Origin: Octopus sinensis
Taxonomy: Eukaryota
DNA length: 64,000 nt
Direction: 5' to 3'
NCBI RefSeq assembly: GCF_006345805.1
Contig: NW_021833229.1
Span: 1 to 64,000 of the forward strand
Shown here: one piece after another, positions 27,160-40,359 of the stretch
Position numbering within the stretch: the first letter of the stretch is position 1
Layout: the number at the start of each line of letters is the position of its first letter
Notes under the pieces: model-generated
Databases searched by the model: none
What the model saw: the letters and a program-made list of their open reading frames with translations, nothing else
Told to the model about the DNA's origin: nothing
Translations under genes and position numbers: made by a program

Positions 27160-27600
27160 ATCACATAAAATACACCAATCCAACTGTACGACAGGCACCC
27201 ATGCCAACCCCCTTTGCTTGCGAAGACGTTGGGGCAAGCGAAATCGAAATCGAATTGAACCAGCCAGGATCCCTGGTCTGGTGGTACGTAAAAAGCACTA
27301 TCCGACTCGTGGCCGATGCCAGCGCCGCCTCGACTGGCTTCCGTGCCGGTGGCACATAAAATACACCAATCCGACCGTGGCCATTGCCAGCCTCACCTGG
27401 CACCTGTGCAGGTGGCACGTAAAAAGCACCCACTACACTCACGGAGTGGTTGGCGTTAGGAAGAGCATCCAGCTGTAGAAACATTGCCAGATAAGACTGG
27501 AGCCTGGTGCAGCCTTCTGGCTTCCCAGATCCCCGGTCGAACTGTCTAACCCATGCTAGCATGGAGAACGGACGTTAAACGATGATGATGATGATGATGA
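27160..27600 (+). mobile_element. RTE-tail retroposon with subrepeats
   Basis: Same family as 2186-2669; ends cggacgttaaac(gat)n. Confidence 0.85.
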
Positions 27601-28289
27601 CTGATACACACATGTTTATGTAGAAAATGCCAATTCAGTTATCCATTTTTGTTTTTTGGCTTATCTCTTTCTGCCAAACCATAGGAATTTGGAAGAAAGC
27701 AGTGACTGTGCTAAGAGAGTTGGAAAAGAAATTTGAGGTAGAAAAAAACAGACAGATGGATAGATAGGCAGGTAGGCAAATAGATAGATAGATGGAAGGT
27801 TGACAAAGTGAAAGGGAAAGAGAGAGCAGCAGCTAGCATGGGAAAAAGCACTCAAGCAAGCAGAAAGTGAAATATGATTTTGATTTTGATTTTTCCAGTT
27901 TCAGCTAATGAGCTGTGGCCATGCTGGGGCACCGCCATATAAGGAAGTTATGAAGAAAAGTGAAAGTAAAAGATAGCATGAATAAGAAAGGAACAGTGTA
28001 AAGAAGAAAGACTGAACTCTGGATTACAGCGTGTAAACTAGAATACAATTAAAAGAGGTGCACTAATCAAAGTAAGAATTGTAGAGGGTGGAACAAACGA
28101 CAGTGATAGAGTTAGAGAAATTCACCTTCAATTAAATTTTGTGTGTGTGTATGATAAGTTATTTTAAAACAATAACTGCTAAGCGTTTAATAATTATGTT
28201 CATACTCTAAGTTACAAATAGTGTGAAGATTAAATTTTCTTCTATTGGCTACTTCTCCTCCTCCTTTATCTTCTTCTTCTTATTATTAT

Positions 28290-29005
28290 TGAGTGAGAGA
28301 GCAGCACATGCTGTCAAAGTATTACTAGGGCACAAACTGAAGCCTAATATACCCATCATGACCACACGTTTGATAAGGATACACCAAGCACATGTATCAT
28401 AACCATATGTATGCAACATGGTGATCTCATATCAAGATAAACAGTGTATGACCTTGCAGGTAGGGCCCAATTAGAATTTTCTTCGGGTCAAGTATTCCAG
28501 CCTACTTAAAAGGACCCTATTTTTCATGTCTCCAGGGGTGAATTATTCAAACCTCAAAGAATCTCCCTCAACACATGGCTATGATGCTCCCTCACTACTG
28601 CTTGCAACTAGTGTTGCACATATCATCAGCCATGAAGGAATATGCTCAGTTGGTTTTGTTCAAGCAATTCTGCAATATTGAGCAGAAAATTTGTTATAGC
28701 CAATCTTTCACACCAAGACAAGACATGTACAAGAGGGTTCCAAAAAATTTCTGGCTTTGAGTAAAAGAAAATATATGAGGATCAATTAATTATGATTTTA
28801 CTCAACATATCCCCCTCTCAGATTAACACACTTAGTGCAGTGGTCCTTCAGTTTCTTAAGACCCTGTAAAAGAACTTGGAAGCTGGGTCTGCAACAAGGC
28901 CTTTCATGATAACCTTAAAGCCAGGAATTTTTCAGCACATCCTCATACATGTTAACATTTCCAATCAGTTAAGATCACGAGCCATGAGAACCACTGCCTG
29001 GTATT
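28290..29005 (-). mobile_element. Interspersed repeat, probably an R4/Dong-like 3' UTR; related pieces at 33885-34085 and 34325-34570
   Basis: gagtgagagagcag..gatctcatatcaagataaacagtg..gaccttg shared with 34325-34570, abutting (ATT)n. Confidence 0.6.
28730..28945. mobile_element. Tc1/mariner-type MITE
   Basis: TA|caagagggttccaaaaaatttctggcttt ... aaagccaggaatttttcagcacatcctca|TA imperfect TIRs; absent from the homologous host repeat near 34040. Confidence 0.7.
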
Positions 29006-29084
29006 GTGTAAGGACATTTATTATTATCATCATCATTATCTTTATTATTATTATTATTATTAATATTAATAATAATAATAAAGT

Positions 29085-29269
29085 GGCGATGGCTGATTCC
29101 TTAGCATACTGGGGAAAATGTTTAGCAGCATCTCACTACTATTATGTTCTGAGTTTTCAAATTCTGCTGAGGGTTGATAAATATGTACCAATTGAGCACT
29201 GAAGTCAATGTAATCAACTTACAACTGCCCTCAGAATTGGTGGCCTTGTACCAAAATTTGAAATCATTA

Positions 29270-29302
<33 letters not shown>

Positions 29303-29505
29303 AAGGCAGCAAGATGGCGCTGGATGAAATGCTTAGTGGTATTTCGTCCATCACTACATTCTGAGTTCTAATTCCGTTGAGGTCGACTTTGCCTTTCACT
29401 CTTTTGGGGTCGATAAAATAAGTACAATTTGAGCATTGAGATCGGTGTAATCGACTAAACCCCTCTCCCGAAATTGCTGGCCTTATGCCTATAGTAGAAA
29501 GGATT
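29085..29505 (+). mobile_element. Two tandem Nin-like SINE copies in (ATT)n
   Basis: ctgagttctaattccgttgaggtcgactttgcctttcactcttttggggtcgataaa. Confidence 0.75.
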
Positions 29506-29949
29506 ATTATTATCATTTTGTTTGGCTGTGCTTCACATTGGCTTCTGAAGGTTTGTTCAATTTCACAGAAATTATTTATGTACTGTTGATCATTTTTTGT
29601 TGAAGCTTTTGGCTGTTCTTTCGCCTGTTTGGAAATATGGCGGTGACAACGCCCACCAACAGATCCCAAAAAAGAAGGTTGTGGGGAAAATCTCATACCT
29701 CTGCAAGTTTGCGCAAAAACAAGCACAACAACAGTAACAGTTTCGACAATGTTTTTAGTAACACAAACAACAACAGAAGCGTCAATAACAATAGCAATAA
29801 CTATGGCATCAACAGTAATAACATCAGTGGGGAGTGCAACAGCCGCAACGACAGCAAAAATAAATGACGAAATAAGTGGTGGAGCGATTCTACGAGTAAG
29901 CAATCGCTCACTGGAATGGGGCGAAATCATGTCACCAAGGCAAAACCGT

Positions 29950-32689
29950 TCGGAGGCGTGGAAGTCCTCTTCAAGAGCAAAACCTTTGCGTTGAAGCACC
30001 CCATAAGCAATAGGAAGCTCACCCTCTAGCAACTTATTTAGGGAGAAAGACCTGTTGCGTCAAGATAGAATTCCACCTGGGTTGGACATCTTGTGGTTGT
30101 TAGCTTATGTCATTTTAGAAGGAAGTGGTACATATCTTGAAGTAAAACAAGCGGGAGTTTTGGTATGGAACGACATTGAAGATCCTCCTCCAGATAAAAT
30201 CGGAGGAGGTAGAAAAGCTCTCAAACCTTAGCCCCCACCACCCACCCAACGGAATAAATTTTCGTGTTGCAGTTGAGGGTAGAAAGATACTGTACCACTT
30301 GTGCGATACAGAAGGCCAGTTCAGAGCTTTCTGTCCCCACACCACCACAGCTCCAACAACAACATGCAGTCGTTATATCAGTAGCAACAACAGGGAAGGA
30401 CAGCAGCAGCACCAACAACAACAGCACTAGCAACGGCAACAAAGGTGAACGGAACCATAGCCCGCCACCCAGGAAAATATCTCTACTACAACTACTACTA
30501 CTACCACTCTCCTCCTACTCTCTCTCTCTCTTGCCCTCTCTCTCTCTCCCCCCTCTCTCTCTCTCTCTTCCCACCTTTTTTCAGACACGTACATGGAACA
30601 CATACAAGTATAATTCTATGGCCTTTCGATTGAATCTTTCTGACAAGAAATAATAATTAGCTTGCAAGGAAAATAACGAAAATAAATAAATAAAATAAAT
30701 AAAAATTTTACGAATATACATCTGTTTTGAACAAGCCAAACAACCACAACAGCACCAACGAAACCATACCTACACCAAACACTGACAAATCTGCAATAAC
30801 TCAAACGCCACAAACAACACTCACCTCTCCTTTTTATCTTTCAAACAGCAAGGTGGTTCTGAGAGTGTGCTGTATAAAAATGCATGTGGACTGGGGTCAC
30901 CCTGGAAGCAGGTTCACCCGCTCAATAACCTAAGGTCACTAGGTTTGGACGTGATAGCCGTCGGCGAGACAAGGATTTCTGACACAGTGTACTGGGTCCC
31001 ATCTTTGATGATTTTGAGATCTTCGCATTTCTTATTTGGTCCGGAATGAGGTAGCGGAGTAATGGTACCGTTTCGGAAAGGCCTTGATCTTGATATAAGG
31101 CCGACCTTCCTGGACCGGGAAGGTAAGATAATGGTCCTGGACTTGAATAGTAGCGAAGGTGGGGGCCTTTAGACAAGTCGCCAAGTAAGCCCTGACTAGA
31201 GCAAGGCGGGAGATCGGGGATTTCTTTAAAAATCTAAAGGTTTTCTTTGTAACGTCCTACTGCCCTGTGCTGGTGAGTGATTCGAACGGCATCCTAGATG
31301 CACATCTGGATTGTGTGAAACTAGCTGATAGGAGAGCTAGATGTAAAATCCTCGCAGATTTGTTCAGTCGTTTCTAGCTGGTTGACAGGTACCGACTGTA
31401 TCTTCTGAATGTACCAATGTGAACGTGGCAAACATCGTTGTTTCATCCAAATCGAGTCCGTACAGTCGACCATGATAAGCTTTCGTAGACAAAGAACCGG
31501 TTACTGAAAACAGAATGCGCCTTTTCCCGCTCGCAAAGTTTACAACAGTCGGATCCAAGAACAAGTAAAGAGGGAGTTGACAGAAGAAATCATCATCAAC
31601 TGATGGTGGTTAGCCATGAAAAAAGAGTTTATTAGATTAGAGTCGATTGAATTTAGAAAGGAAATAGTGGTAGATAATTCTAGAATAGTGGTTGAACTAG
31701 CTAGTAACCCAGAAAAAGCGCTTAGAAAAGGCATTGTAACTGAATGCTGGCAGCGAAATTTTCCGTTGACCGATTCTTTAATTCAAGATTGTATTATTAC
31801 ACGAAAGTTGTATTATTAGAGATAGGGCATGTGATTTAAGGTATGAAAGAACGAAAGCTGTTCGATGGATTCGGGGGGTAGAGGTGCATCGCAACAACAA
31901 ACCCACAATTCGGTCTTCGACGTATCAGAGTAGAGTTGCGTTGTAGCCGATTCCAAACAGATGTGTACAGCCTTATCAGTGGAATTTCGCTCATATGTTT
32001 GGGTGGTCCATAGACCGGAGATACTTTGAACTTACCATAAACTTACCTTGATGGTCTGCCACGATTCTCGACTGGAGACTCGAAGTTCTGCGAAATACCG
32101 ACGAAATACGGGAAGCGACGACAGGCTGCTCAACAGACAAGTCGACGGGTCCATATGATCTGTCTCACAAGCTCTATATTTATGTGCTAGACTCGTTCGG
32201 GTGTCTCTTGGAAAATGCAACTGGCAACAGAACAGATTCTAACTCCCGCAATAGGTGGTGCAATGCTGCTGAGAAACAACCTGAACATGAGGGATGATTT
32301 TAAGAACTTCAGGCCCTGCTAAACGCAGAGTTGGAGATTTTGACCAAGTTCTTAGCTAAAAGGTTGGCACTTGTCGACGATACTCTGGTGGATGAGACAC
32401 AGATATGGGCTGTACCCCATATATCTATCCACGGCAATCTAATCATCGCGATATATCATAGAAAGAGTAAGTAAAGAACCTGGCATGTGTGGGCCCTTCA
32501 TTCATTTCAACAGTCGAAAGCTTTTGATAGAGTCAGCCATCATTTAGCGGCTGTCTTGAAGGCGGTAGGTTTTGCGTCCATCTCCAGAAGGTAATCGTGA
32601 TATTTGTTCGGAGGTCAGATTAAATGACCATCGGTCGGAATCGTTCAGTATCATGCGACTGGTCCGACAAAGGTGCAATCTCTCTCTCT

Positions 32690-32786
<97 letters not shown>

Positions 32787-33870
32787 TTTAGAGCTACTAT
32801 TGCAGAAGTTGGAGCATACCGCGAGAAACAGAATGCATAGGTAGGCAATGTCACCGTAATATTGTCGGACACAAAACACATCAAGTTGATTTGTACAGTT
32901 CTAAGGGAATACGATACAGTGACAGGAATAAAGATTAACCAAAAGTCGTTGGGCATACAGCTCGGCACTTAGAGAGGTAGGTCCATACTGTCCAACAGCG
33001 TTGATGGGCACTGGACGGACAGACCTGTTACATTGCTTGGGATTTGGTCTGGTCCAGTCCTCCAGGTGGACAATTACTGGAAAGCGGTGACGAATAGGGT
33101 GACTACTCTCACCCAGATATGAGCTGAAAGGAAACTATTTCTGAAGGGTTAGGCGAAAAATGAAAATACCTACATAGAATCGTCATCTAGTACTGACTAC
33201 CCGTTGTGCCTTGTCTCGCTTCATAGCTGACCAGAATGGAACGCTTGTTCGTTCCCTTTTTGTGGAAGGGTCAGACGGCCCATTTGCTACCGAGATCTGC
33301 TGTGTGTAAGACTAAGCATGCCGTGGCTGATGAGACACGGACATACACTGAGGCTATGACATCTCTAGCTTTTCCTTGATACCGTGTGTTAGACGCGCTT
33401 TTCCGTAGCTCGTGTCTTTGACAGAACTGTTTGTGAGGCACGTCTGTAAACAGCTCGTCTCTTTAACGGAGATGAAGTCATGGTATAAGGAGATATCAAA
33501 ACTGAGCTTCTGGCACCTAGAATGTCGTCAAGGGCTACCTCAACCAGTGGGGCACTAGGATCGTTCCATTTTAACAATATATAGAGGATTAGGGGCGGGT
33601 AAGTGAGTCGACGAACTGACTAGTCTGTTCCGGAGAACTTTCCGGTGGGGGGTCTATCATGGATAATTTCCAGATGTTCTTGGCCCGGTAGTGCTACCGC
33701 AGGACACTACTGTTTCAGGATAAGCTCTACAGGCACGGACGTGCTGTCAGATAAGCTTGTCCATGGTGCGCACAGAACTACGAAACCATGCACTCGTTCA
33801 ATGTCTTGGCAGTACTGACTTCTGGAGTAACGTCGAACAGCTGCTGACGAGTGTAGGACGAATCCGTCTG
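29950..33870 (+). mobile_element. Degenerate Tx1/L1-like LINE (ORF1, APE endonuclease, RT)
   Basis: ORF1 knuckle remnant VEGRKILYHLCDTEGQFRAFCP; APE start NACGLGS..LGLDVIAVGETRI; RT-like remnants (SKAFDRVSH, VRQRCNLS) at ~32500-32680; many stops. Confidence 0.65.
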
Positions 33871-34087
33871 GCTATGATGCTCCTCCACTACTTCTGCACG
33901 TGATCAGAGATGCACATATCACCACCCACCAAGGGACATGGTCAACTGGTTAAGGTCAAACAACTGACAAGGAAATCTGTGGTATTGAGTAGAATATTTG
34001 CTGTAGCCCATCTCTTTTTCTACCAAGACAAAACATGTACATGATAACACATCCAATCAATTAAGGTGAGAAGCCATGAGAGCTAGT

Positions 34088-34290
34088 GCCTAAGGCGGTG
34101 AGCAGAACTTTTAGCACGCCGGGCGAAATGCTTGGCGGTATTTCTCCCGTTGCCTACGTTCTGAGTTCAAATTCCGCCGAGGTTGACATTACCTTTTATT
34201 GTTTCGAGATCGATAAATTAAATACCAGTGAAGCACTGGGTCGATGTAATCGACTCAACCTCGGCCCCAAAACTGATGAAGCAAAATTTG
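34088..34290 (+). mobile_element. Nin-like SINE
   Basis: ggcggtgagcagaac..gccgggcgaaatgc..ctgagttcaaattccgccgagg. Confidence 0.8.
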
Positions 34291-34324
34291 AAATCATCAT
34301 CATTATTATTATTATTATTATTAT

Positions 34325-34985
34325 TGAGTGAGAGAGCAGTGCAGGCCATCAAAGTGATACTGGGGCAAAATATACGAAGCCAGTATACCCACCTACCCGT
34401 CTGATAAGGGTATACCAGGCACATGCATCACAACCATATGTGCGCGACATAGTGATCTCATATCAAGATAAACAGTGCATGACCTTGTAGGTGAGGCCCA
34501 GTTAGAATTTTCTTCAGGTCGAGTAGCCCACCCTACCCAAAAGGTCTCTGAATACGGGTTGTTTAAGGATGTTGTGCAGCGAGAATCAGTCCTTCCATTT
34601 CAGCTTTCAATCCAGAACTTTTGAGCCTCTCTGTCAAGTCTTGCAGGATATTGGCCATGGAGTGATTTTTCTTTCCATTCCTTTTTTAGTATTTTTTGTA
34701 ATTCTCTTTTCATGTTATTGTTTGTCTTTTTGACTATTTCTGCTATGTTGTTATCTGAGGTCAATGTATTAGCGTAGTTTGTTTCTGTTTTGTATTTTGT
34801 CGTCTCCTTGTGTATAGAGAAAAATATTTTCTTTCTCTCGTGTTCCTTTGTAATTACTTTCCTAGTCCAACTGTTGTTATTTTATAATAGTTCTCTATCT
34901 GTATCATGTCACAGCCACCTTCTGAACAGGGTAGATATATTCTGTCTGTGCCTGCTTTGAGTTGGTGATTTCGGTACGCTGTTTC
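34325..34985 (-). mobile_element. R4/Dong-like fragment with 3' UTR
   Basis: SGLKAEMEGLILAA remnant (~34575-34620) joined to a UTR that ends at (AAT)n. Confidence 0.55.
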
Positions 34986-34996
34986 TTGAAGAAATC

Positions 34997-37451
34997 GTGT
35001 TTCTTGACAGGGTGAAAATGATCAAACCTCTATAACATTTTAAAAACATTTTTCTGGAAGAAGTTGACTAACTCCAGCAATTTAACTAGGAAAGGTACAT
35101 TAATGTGCCAAATTATAAAATTTTCGATAAACTCTAATTTTTGAAATGCTGGCAGCCAAACGAACTAGATCCGTATTTGATCCAGTAAAGACGTGTCATC
35201 TGACTCTGCTCTATTGACTTCTTCTCTTTGGGAATACCATACTGCCTTTCTAACGCCATCTGTAGAAATTCGCTTTCACATTTTCACTTTACTGATACCT
35301 CCAGTCAAGAAAATTTATCGACAATACAGTAGTGATTATTTATGATTTGGATTTATTCCCTCTCCTCCCGTTATCAATGTGCCTTTTTTGCCATCAAATA
35401 CTGACCAACGGAGCAATGAAACCTTCACGCTTGATGCAAAGCATTCTGACAAGAAGGACAAGCCGTTATCATACTTTTTGCAACTGAACTCCTCTTTCAA
35501 AAAGTAAATACAAACATTCAACACGCTAATCCAGGAAACTAGTAAACAGGAGAATGGCGGATTGATTACATTGCTTGTTGCTAAGTCTGGGAAGTCCCAC
35601 ACAATTGGAGAAACATTACTTTGCCCAGTTATCGAAGAGGTTTTGTCAACTGTTGTGCACAAAATACCCGATAACATTATGAAGATCCCACTTAGTAAAA
35701 ACACAATTTCTCGAAGCATCGATGAAATGACCAACGACGTCAAACCTCAGCTCATTAATATTCTCCAGCGTTCTGAATTTTCTATACAAGTGAATGAGTC
35801 AACCGTTGTGGACAATCAATGTTTGATGATGGTATATGTTCGGTATTTCAGCGAAGACCTTCAACCTTGTGAGGAAATACTGTTCACAGAGAAATTGCCG
35901 CTTGATTCAAAAGGTGCGATTATTTTTCACACTCTCAAGTCTTTCCTTTTTGAACATAATATCCCACTCAGTAATATTCTTGCCTGTGCGTCTGATGGAA
36001 CCCCTTCGATGATAGGAAGATACAGAGGTCTTTCATCTCTCCCAAAGCGTGAAATTCCCCACCAGATACTAACTGTTCATTGCTTGGCACACCGGCAGCA
36101 TTTTGTGGCAAAAAATATGAACAGTAGATTGAATGATGCGCTATAGTTAGTTACCAAGACTGTGAACAAATTGAAGTCCAGTCCCTTGTCTGATCGAATT
36201 TTCCGTCAACTCTGTCTGAGAAATGATGAGGACCATACTAAACTCTTATACCATACCGAAGTGCGGTGGTTGTCAAAAGGAAACTGTGTTTTATGCTTTG
36301 TTCAACTGTTTCATATAATCATATCTTGCTTTGAAGATGCTCTACTATTCGCTTCATTGATAGCTGCAAGGTATGATATCTTTTTTCTTTGTGATATATT
36401 CACAAAATTAAATAATTTGAATAAGTTATTGCAAGGAAACAGAAAAATTCTCGTTGATTGTAAACCATTTATCACTACCTTCATTTTGTAATTGGTTTTG
36501 TATAAGACTAACATTTCAAAACGTCAATTCCATCAATTTCCAGAACTTGAATCTTTGAAAGATGAATTAGTTGATGAGGATTTAACTACATATCGCAACT
36601 ATTTGCAAGCATTGCACGATAACATGGTGGGGCGATTTCAAGATGTTATTGCGGTGAATATTCCAAATTGGTATAGCAATCCGTTTGAGGTCGATGCAGT
36701 CGATTGCGAGGGTGACGTTCAGGAGGAATTGATAGAATTACAAAATGACAATAACGCCACAATACGATATTGCCGCAATAGCAAAGAAGGTTTGTGGTAC
36801 CATCAGAGTATATTGAATTCCTATCCCAGTCTGTTGAAACTTCTGAAATTACTTTTGCTTGCCTTCCCTACCTCATGACTGGTTGAATCTGGTTTTAACC
36901 ATGTTGGAATATTATTTTCCCATAAAAGAATCAGACTGGATGTGATATAACGAGGAGACATGTGGCTAAAGTCGACAAGTTTGAAACCGAATGTATCTGC
37001 ACTGGCTGCATCGCACCAGACACATGGTTCTCATTAAAAAGTTTTATTCTTTTCCTTTATAATACAATCATTAATTATTTTTGCATCGGTAGTTCTAATC
37101 AATGGTTCATTTGGAGAAAATGAAAATCAGTGTAAAAGAGAGCGCAAGTTTCCAGAAGTTAATCTGTCTGCATAATATAGAGTTAATGCTAGAATTTTAT
37201 GTACACTAATGGCAAAACTAAACCCACAATGTGGGATTTGTAAACAACCGCATATTTAGTCCAAACGGCACTAACAGGGCAACGAATCTACGATATAGTG
37301 TGTATGACAAATGATACAAGGGTTCCTGGGGGATTTTGTTTTGGGGAGGTTGTGTCCGGGTTTTTTTTTCAAAAAGGTGGGCGATGGAGCATTTTTTAGC
37401 CGATAGGTGGGCGATATTGTAATTTGGCGCGAAAAGTTTGGGAAACACTTG
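34997..37451 (+). mobile_element. hAT (Buster/SPIN/ZBED5-like) DNA transposon, near full length, inactive
   Basis: Right terminus gtttgggaaacact matches hAT cagtgtttcccaaac TIR; degenerate left end cgtgtttcttgacagggtg. Confidence 0.7.
35562..37037 (+). pseudogene. Buster-type hAT transposase pseudogene
   Basis: HTIGETL, PLSKNTISRSI, FSIQVNEST (first catalytic D replaced by N), ASDGTPSM, HCLAHRQH, TEVRWLSKG, FPTS*LVESGF; in-frame stops ending 36146, 36491, 36878. Confidence 0.9.
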
Positions 37452-37463
37452 TGGCTAATAAAG

Positions 37464-37497
<34 letters not shown>

Positions 37498-37593
37498 CGC
37501 CGCCGCCACGACCACCACGACCACCAATACCACCACGACCACCATCACCACCATCACCACCACCATCATCACCACCTTCCTCCTCCTCCTCAC

Positions 37594-37631
<38 letters not shown>

Positions 37632-37646
37632 CCATCACCATCATCA

Positions 37647-37699
<53 letters not shown>

Positions 37700-37700
<1 letters not shown>

Positions 37701-38615
37701 TATGTTTGACTTTTGCTTTATGTCTGTACAAGTTGGCTCCAAGTCTCACCCAGAGACCTCAAGAGACAACAGGTTGGAAGTTCTGTGCCATATATTTGGG
37801 GGGTTTTTTTTCTTTCTTTTTAGTGTTGTACTAGTGAATGTCTAATACATAAAAACAAAAAAATAAATAAAGTAAAAAATAAATAAATAAATAAATAAAA
37901 ATAAAATTTAAAAAAAGTTTGTTTTAAACCTTGGGATTACATAGAGAGTATTTTGCGTAGGATATGAGCAGTTCCCATGAGCACTATCTTTTGAATTTCT
38001 GCCATTTTGGGGTTTCCTGGTATCTGAGTTAGGTAGCAATCAGTCCCTTTCGCTATCATTCCCAGGGCACCTATGACAACAGGTATTGTTTTAGTCTTCA
38101 GCTTCCACATTTCGCTGATTTCTATTTCAAGATCTTTATATTTGCTCAGTTTTTGGTAGGTCTTGACAGATACGTTTATATCGATTGGGACGGTCATATC
38201 AATGAGGAGGCATGTTCTTTGTCTGAAGTCTTTCAATATAATGTCTGGCCTATTTGCATCTATCTTCCTGTCAGTTTGAATGGTGAAGTTCCAGAGGAGT
38301 GAGATGTGGTCATTTTCAAGCACAGGAGGTGGATTGTGTTCCCACCAGTTTTTTTCATGGGGCAAATCCAGGTTTTTGCAAATTACCCAGTGAATATATT
38401 GTGCAGCTCTATCATGCCTACTGAGGTACTCTGTAGGCGCTAGAAGACTGCATTTGGAGACAACATGGTCAATGGTTTCATTTTGTTGTCGGCATATACG
38501 ACATGTTGGGCTACTGCCGTTCTTTAATATGTTGGCCAGGTAGTTTCTTGTTGGTAGGCATTGATCTTGAGCTGCTATGATAAACCCCTCAGTTTCAGAT
38601 TTTAAGCCAGAGGCT
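37700..38615 (-). mobile_element. R4/Dong-like RLE retrotransposon 3' end inserted in (TAA)n
   Basis: LWNFTIQTDRKIDANRPDIILKD..CLLIDMTVP..KLSKYKDLEIE..PVVIGALG..GTAHILRK; CCHC and RHD upstream; (TTA)n/(TTG)n on both sides. Confidence 0.9.
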
Positions 38616-38619
38616 TATT

Positions 38620-38725
<106 letters not shown>

Positions 38726-39104
38726 TATTATTATTATTATCTGGAATTACAAGAAAACTGTTAAGCAGTAGATAACTTACGACATTTAGTTGAATGTCTG
38801 TTTTTCACTCTGACTTCATGTTCACTGTCTGTTCTGTCAAATTTCCTAATATTTTGCAATTTCCACTCAACTAGGATGTATTTTTTATTGATATTTTGTA
38901 TCATCTGTTCAAAGAGAAGCAGGTTATTCGAACTGACCTGCTTCTATTCCAAGGAATTTCCGATTTGCCCCATTCTCCAGTAAGGAGAATTATCATCTGT
39001 TTAAAAATTGTTCTCTTTGCAAATTTACAATATTCTTGTAAAAAAGAAGAGAGATGGGGGGGGGGAAGGAAAAAGAGAAACATGGACCTGTGTGAAGAAG
39101 GAAT

Positions 39105-39940
39105 GGATCTTTTCCTTTTGATAGACGGAATTCAACACAATTTCGAGTTAAAAAAACAATTTGAAATTTCGTATACTGGTAGAATGTGTCAAAAGAAAAC
39201 ATTATTTTCACTTGGCTTTTTTGATAAATTTCTAATTCGTTTGTTTAACGTAGTTTAATTTTTCGAATTTTAACCAATCGTATGCTCTCTTTTGAGCTGA
39301 AATCATTTTCTGCGTTATCGATATTGATAAACAAACGAGGAGGCATGTGCTAGAAACAACAACCATATCTCTTAAATCGATGAATTTCGTCACCCAATAA
39401 AAATATTAACGATATTTTTTGAATATTTTCTTTATTTTCTTTTTTTTACCAAAAAGGCTTCACCCATGGTTTTGAAGGGCCCAAAACAACAAAAACAAAA
39501 CAATAATATGCCTAAATCGGTCTAGAGTGGGATATGAGGGTGCGAGTGGAGTGTGGATCGTATTGTAAAAATTTGCGAGGATATTTTTTCTTAAAAGGAT
39601 GGCCCAGCTTGTCGGAGGCTGTGATATAAATTGGGGAAAAAACCTCGACACCAGTGCGTAATTGGTACTTAATTTATCGACCCCGAAACGATGAAACATT
39701 GATCCCCCATTTCTAGTTTATTTACCTTTTGTGTACATTTGTTCCGGCAAGGGGCAAAACACAGAGGGGACAAAGCATGAGATACAAAAGTATTAAGTCG
39801 ATTCTATCGACACCAGTGCGAACTCACGAACGTGTATGTATGCTTGTGTGCGTATGTGTGCGTATGTATATCTCCGTTTGTATGTGTGTGTACGCTTATA
39901 TATTAATTACTATGTGCTTGTGCAAATGTATATGCATGTG

Positions 39941-39993
<53 letters not shown>

Positions 39994-40359
39994 GTGACAG
40001 AGTGTGTGTGTGTGTGTGTGCAAGTGTACGTGTGTATGTATCTGAATATATGTGTGTGTGTGTGTGTATGCGGCGTGCGTATATGCGTATAAGCATGTAT
40101 CTTTGTGTATGTATGTGTATACTTGTCTGTGTGTGCATGTGTGTGTGTGTACGTATATTTACTTCTATATGCAGGCGCGCTAGTAAATGCAAGTGTTTCG
40201 AAAAATTAAACTACGTTAAACAAACAAATTAGAAATTTATCAAAAAAGCCAAGTGAAAATAATGTTTTCTTTTGACACATTCTACCAGTATACGAAGTTT
40301 CAAATTGTTTAGTTAACTAGAAATTGTGTTGAATTCCGTCTATCAAAAGGAAAAGATCC
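39105..40359. mobile_element. Non-autonomous DNA transposon with ~160-bp TIRs and 8-bp TSD (Merlin- or Mutator-like)
   Basis: 39105-39268 is the reverse complement of 40197-40359; GGATCTTTTCC...GGAAAAGATCC termini; TSD gaaggaat (39097-39104 / 40360-40367). Confidence 0.85.

Noticed and set aside
29298-30032. 244-aa minus-strand ORF
   Set aside because: Runs antisense through a SINE, an AAC-rich tract and LINE sequence
35562-36878. Domesticated ZBED/SCAND3-like host gene
   Set aside because: In-frame stops, first catalytic Asp changed to Asn, and TIR remnant indicate a dead transposon
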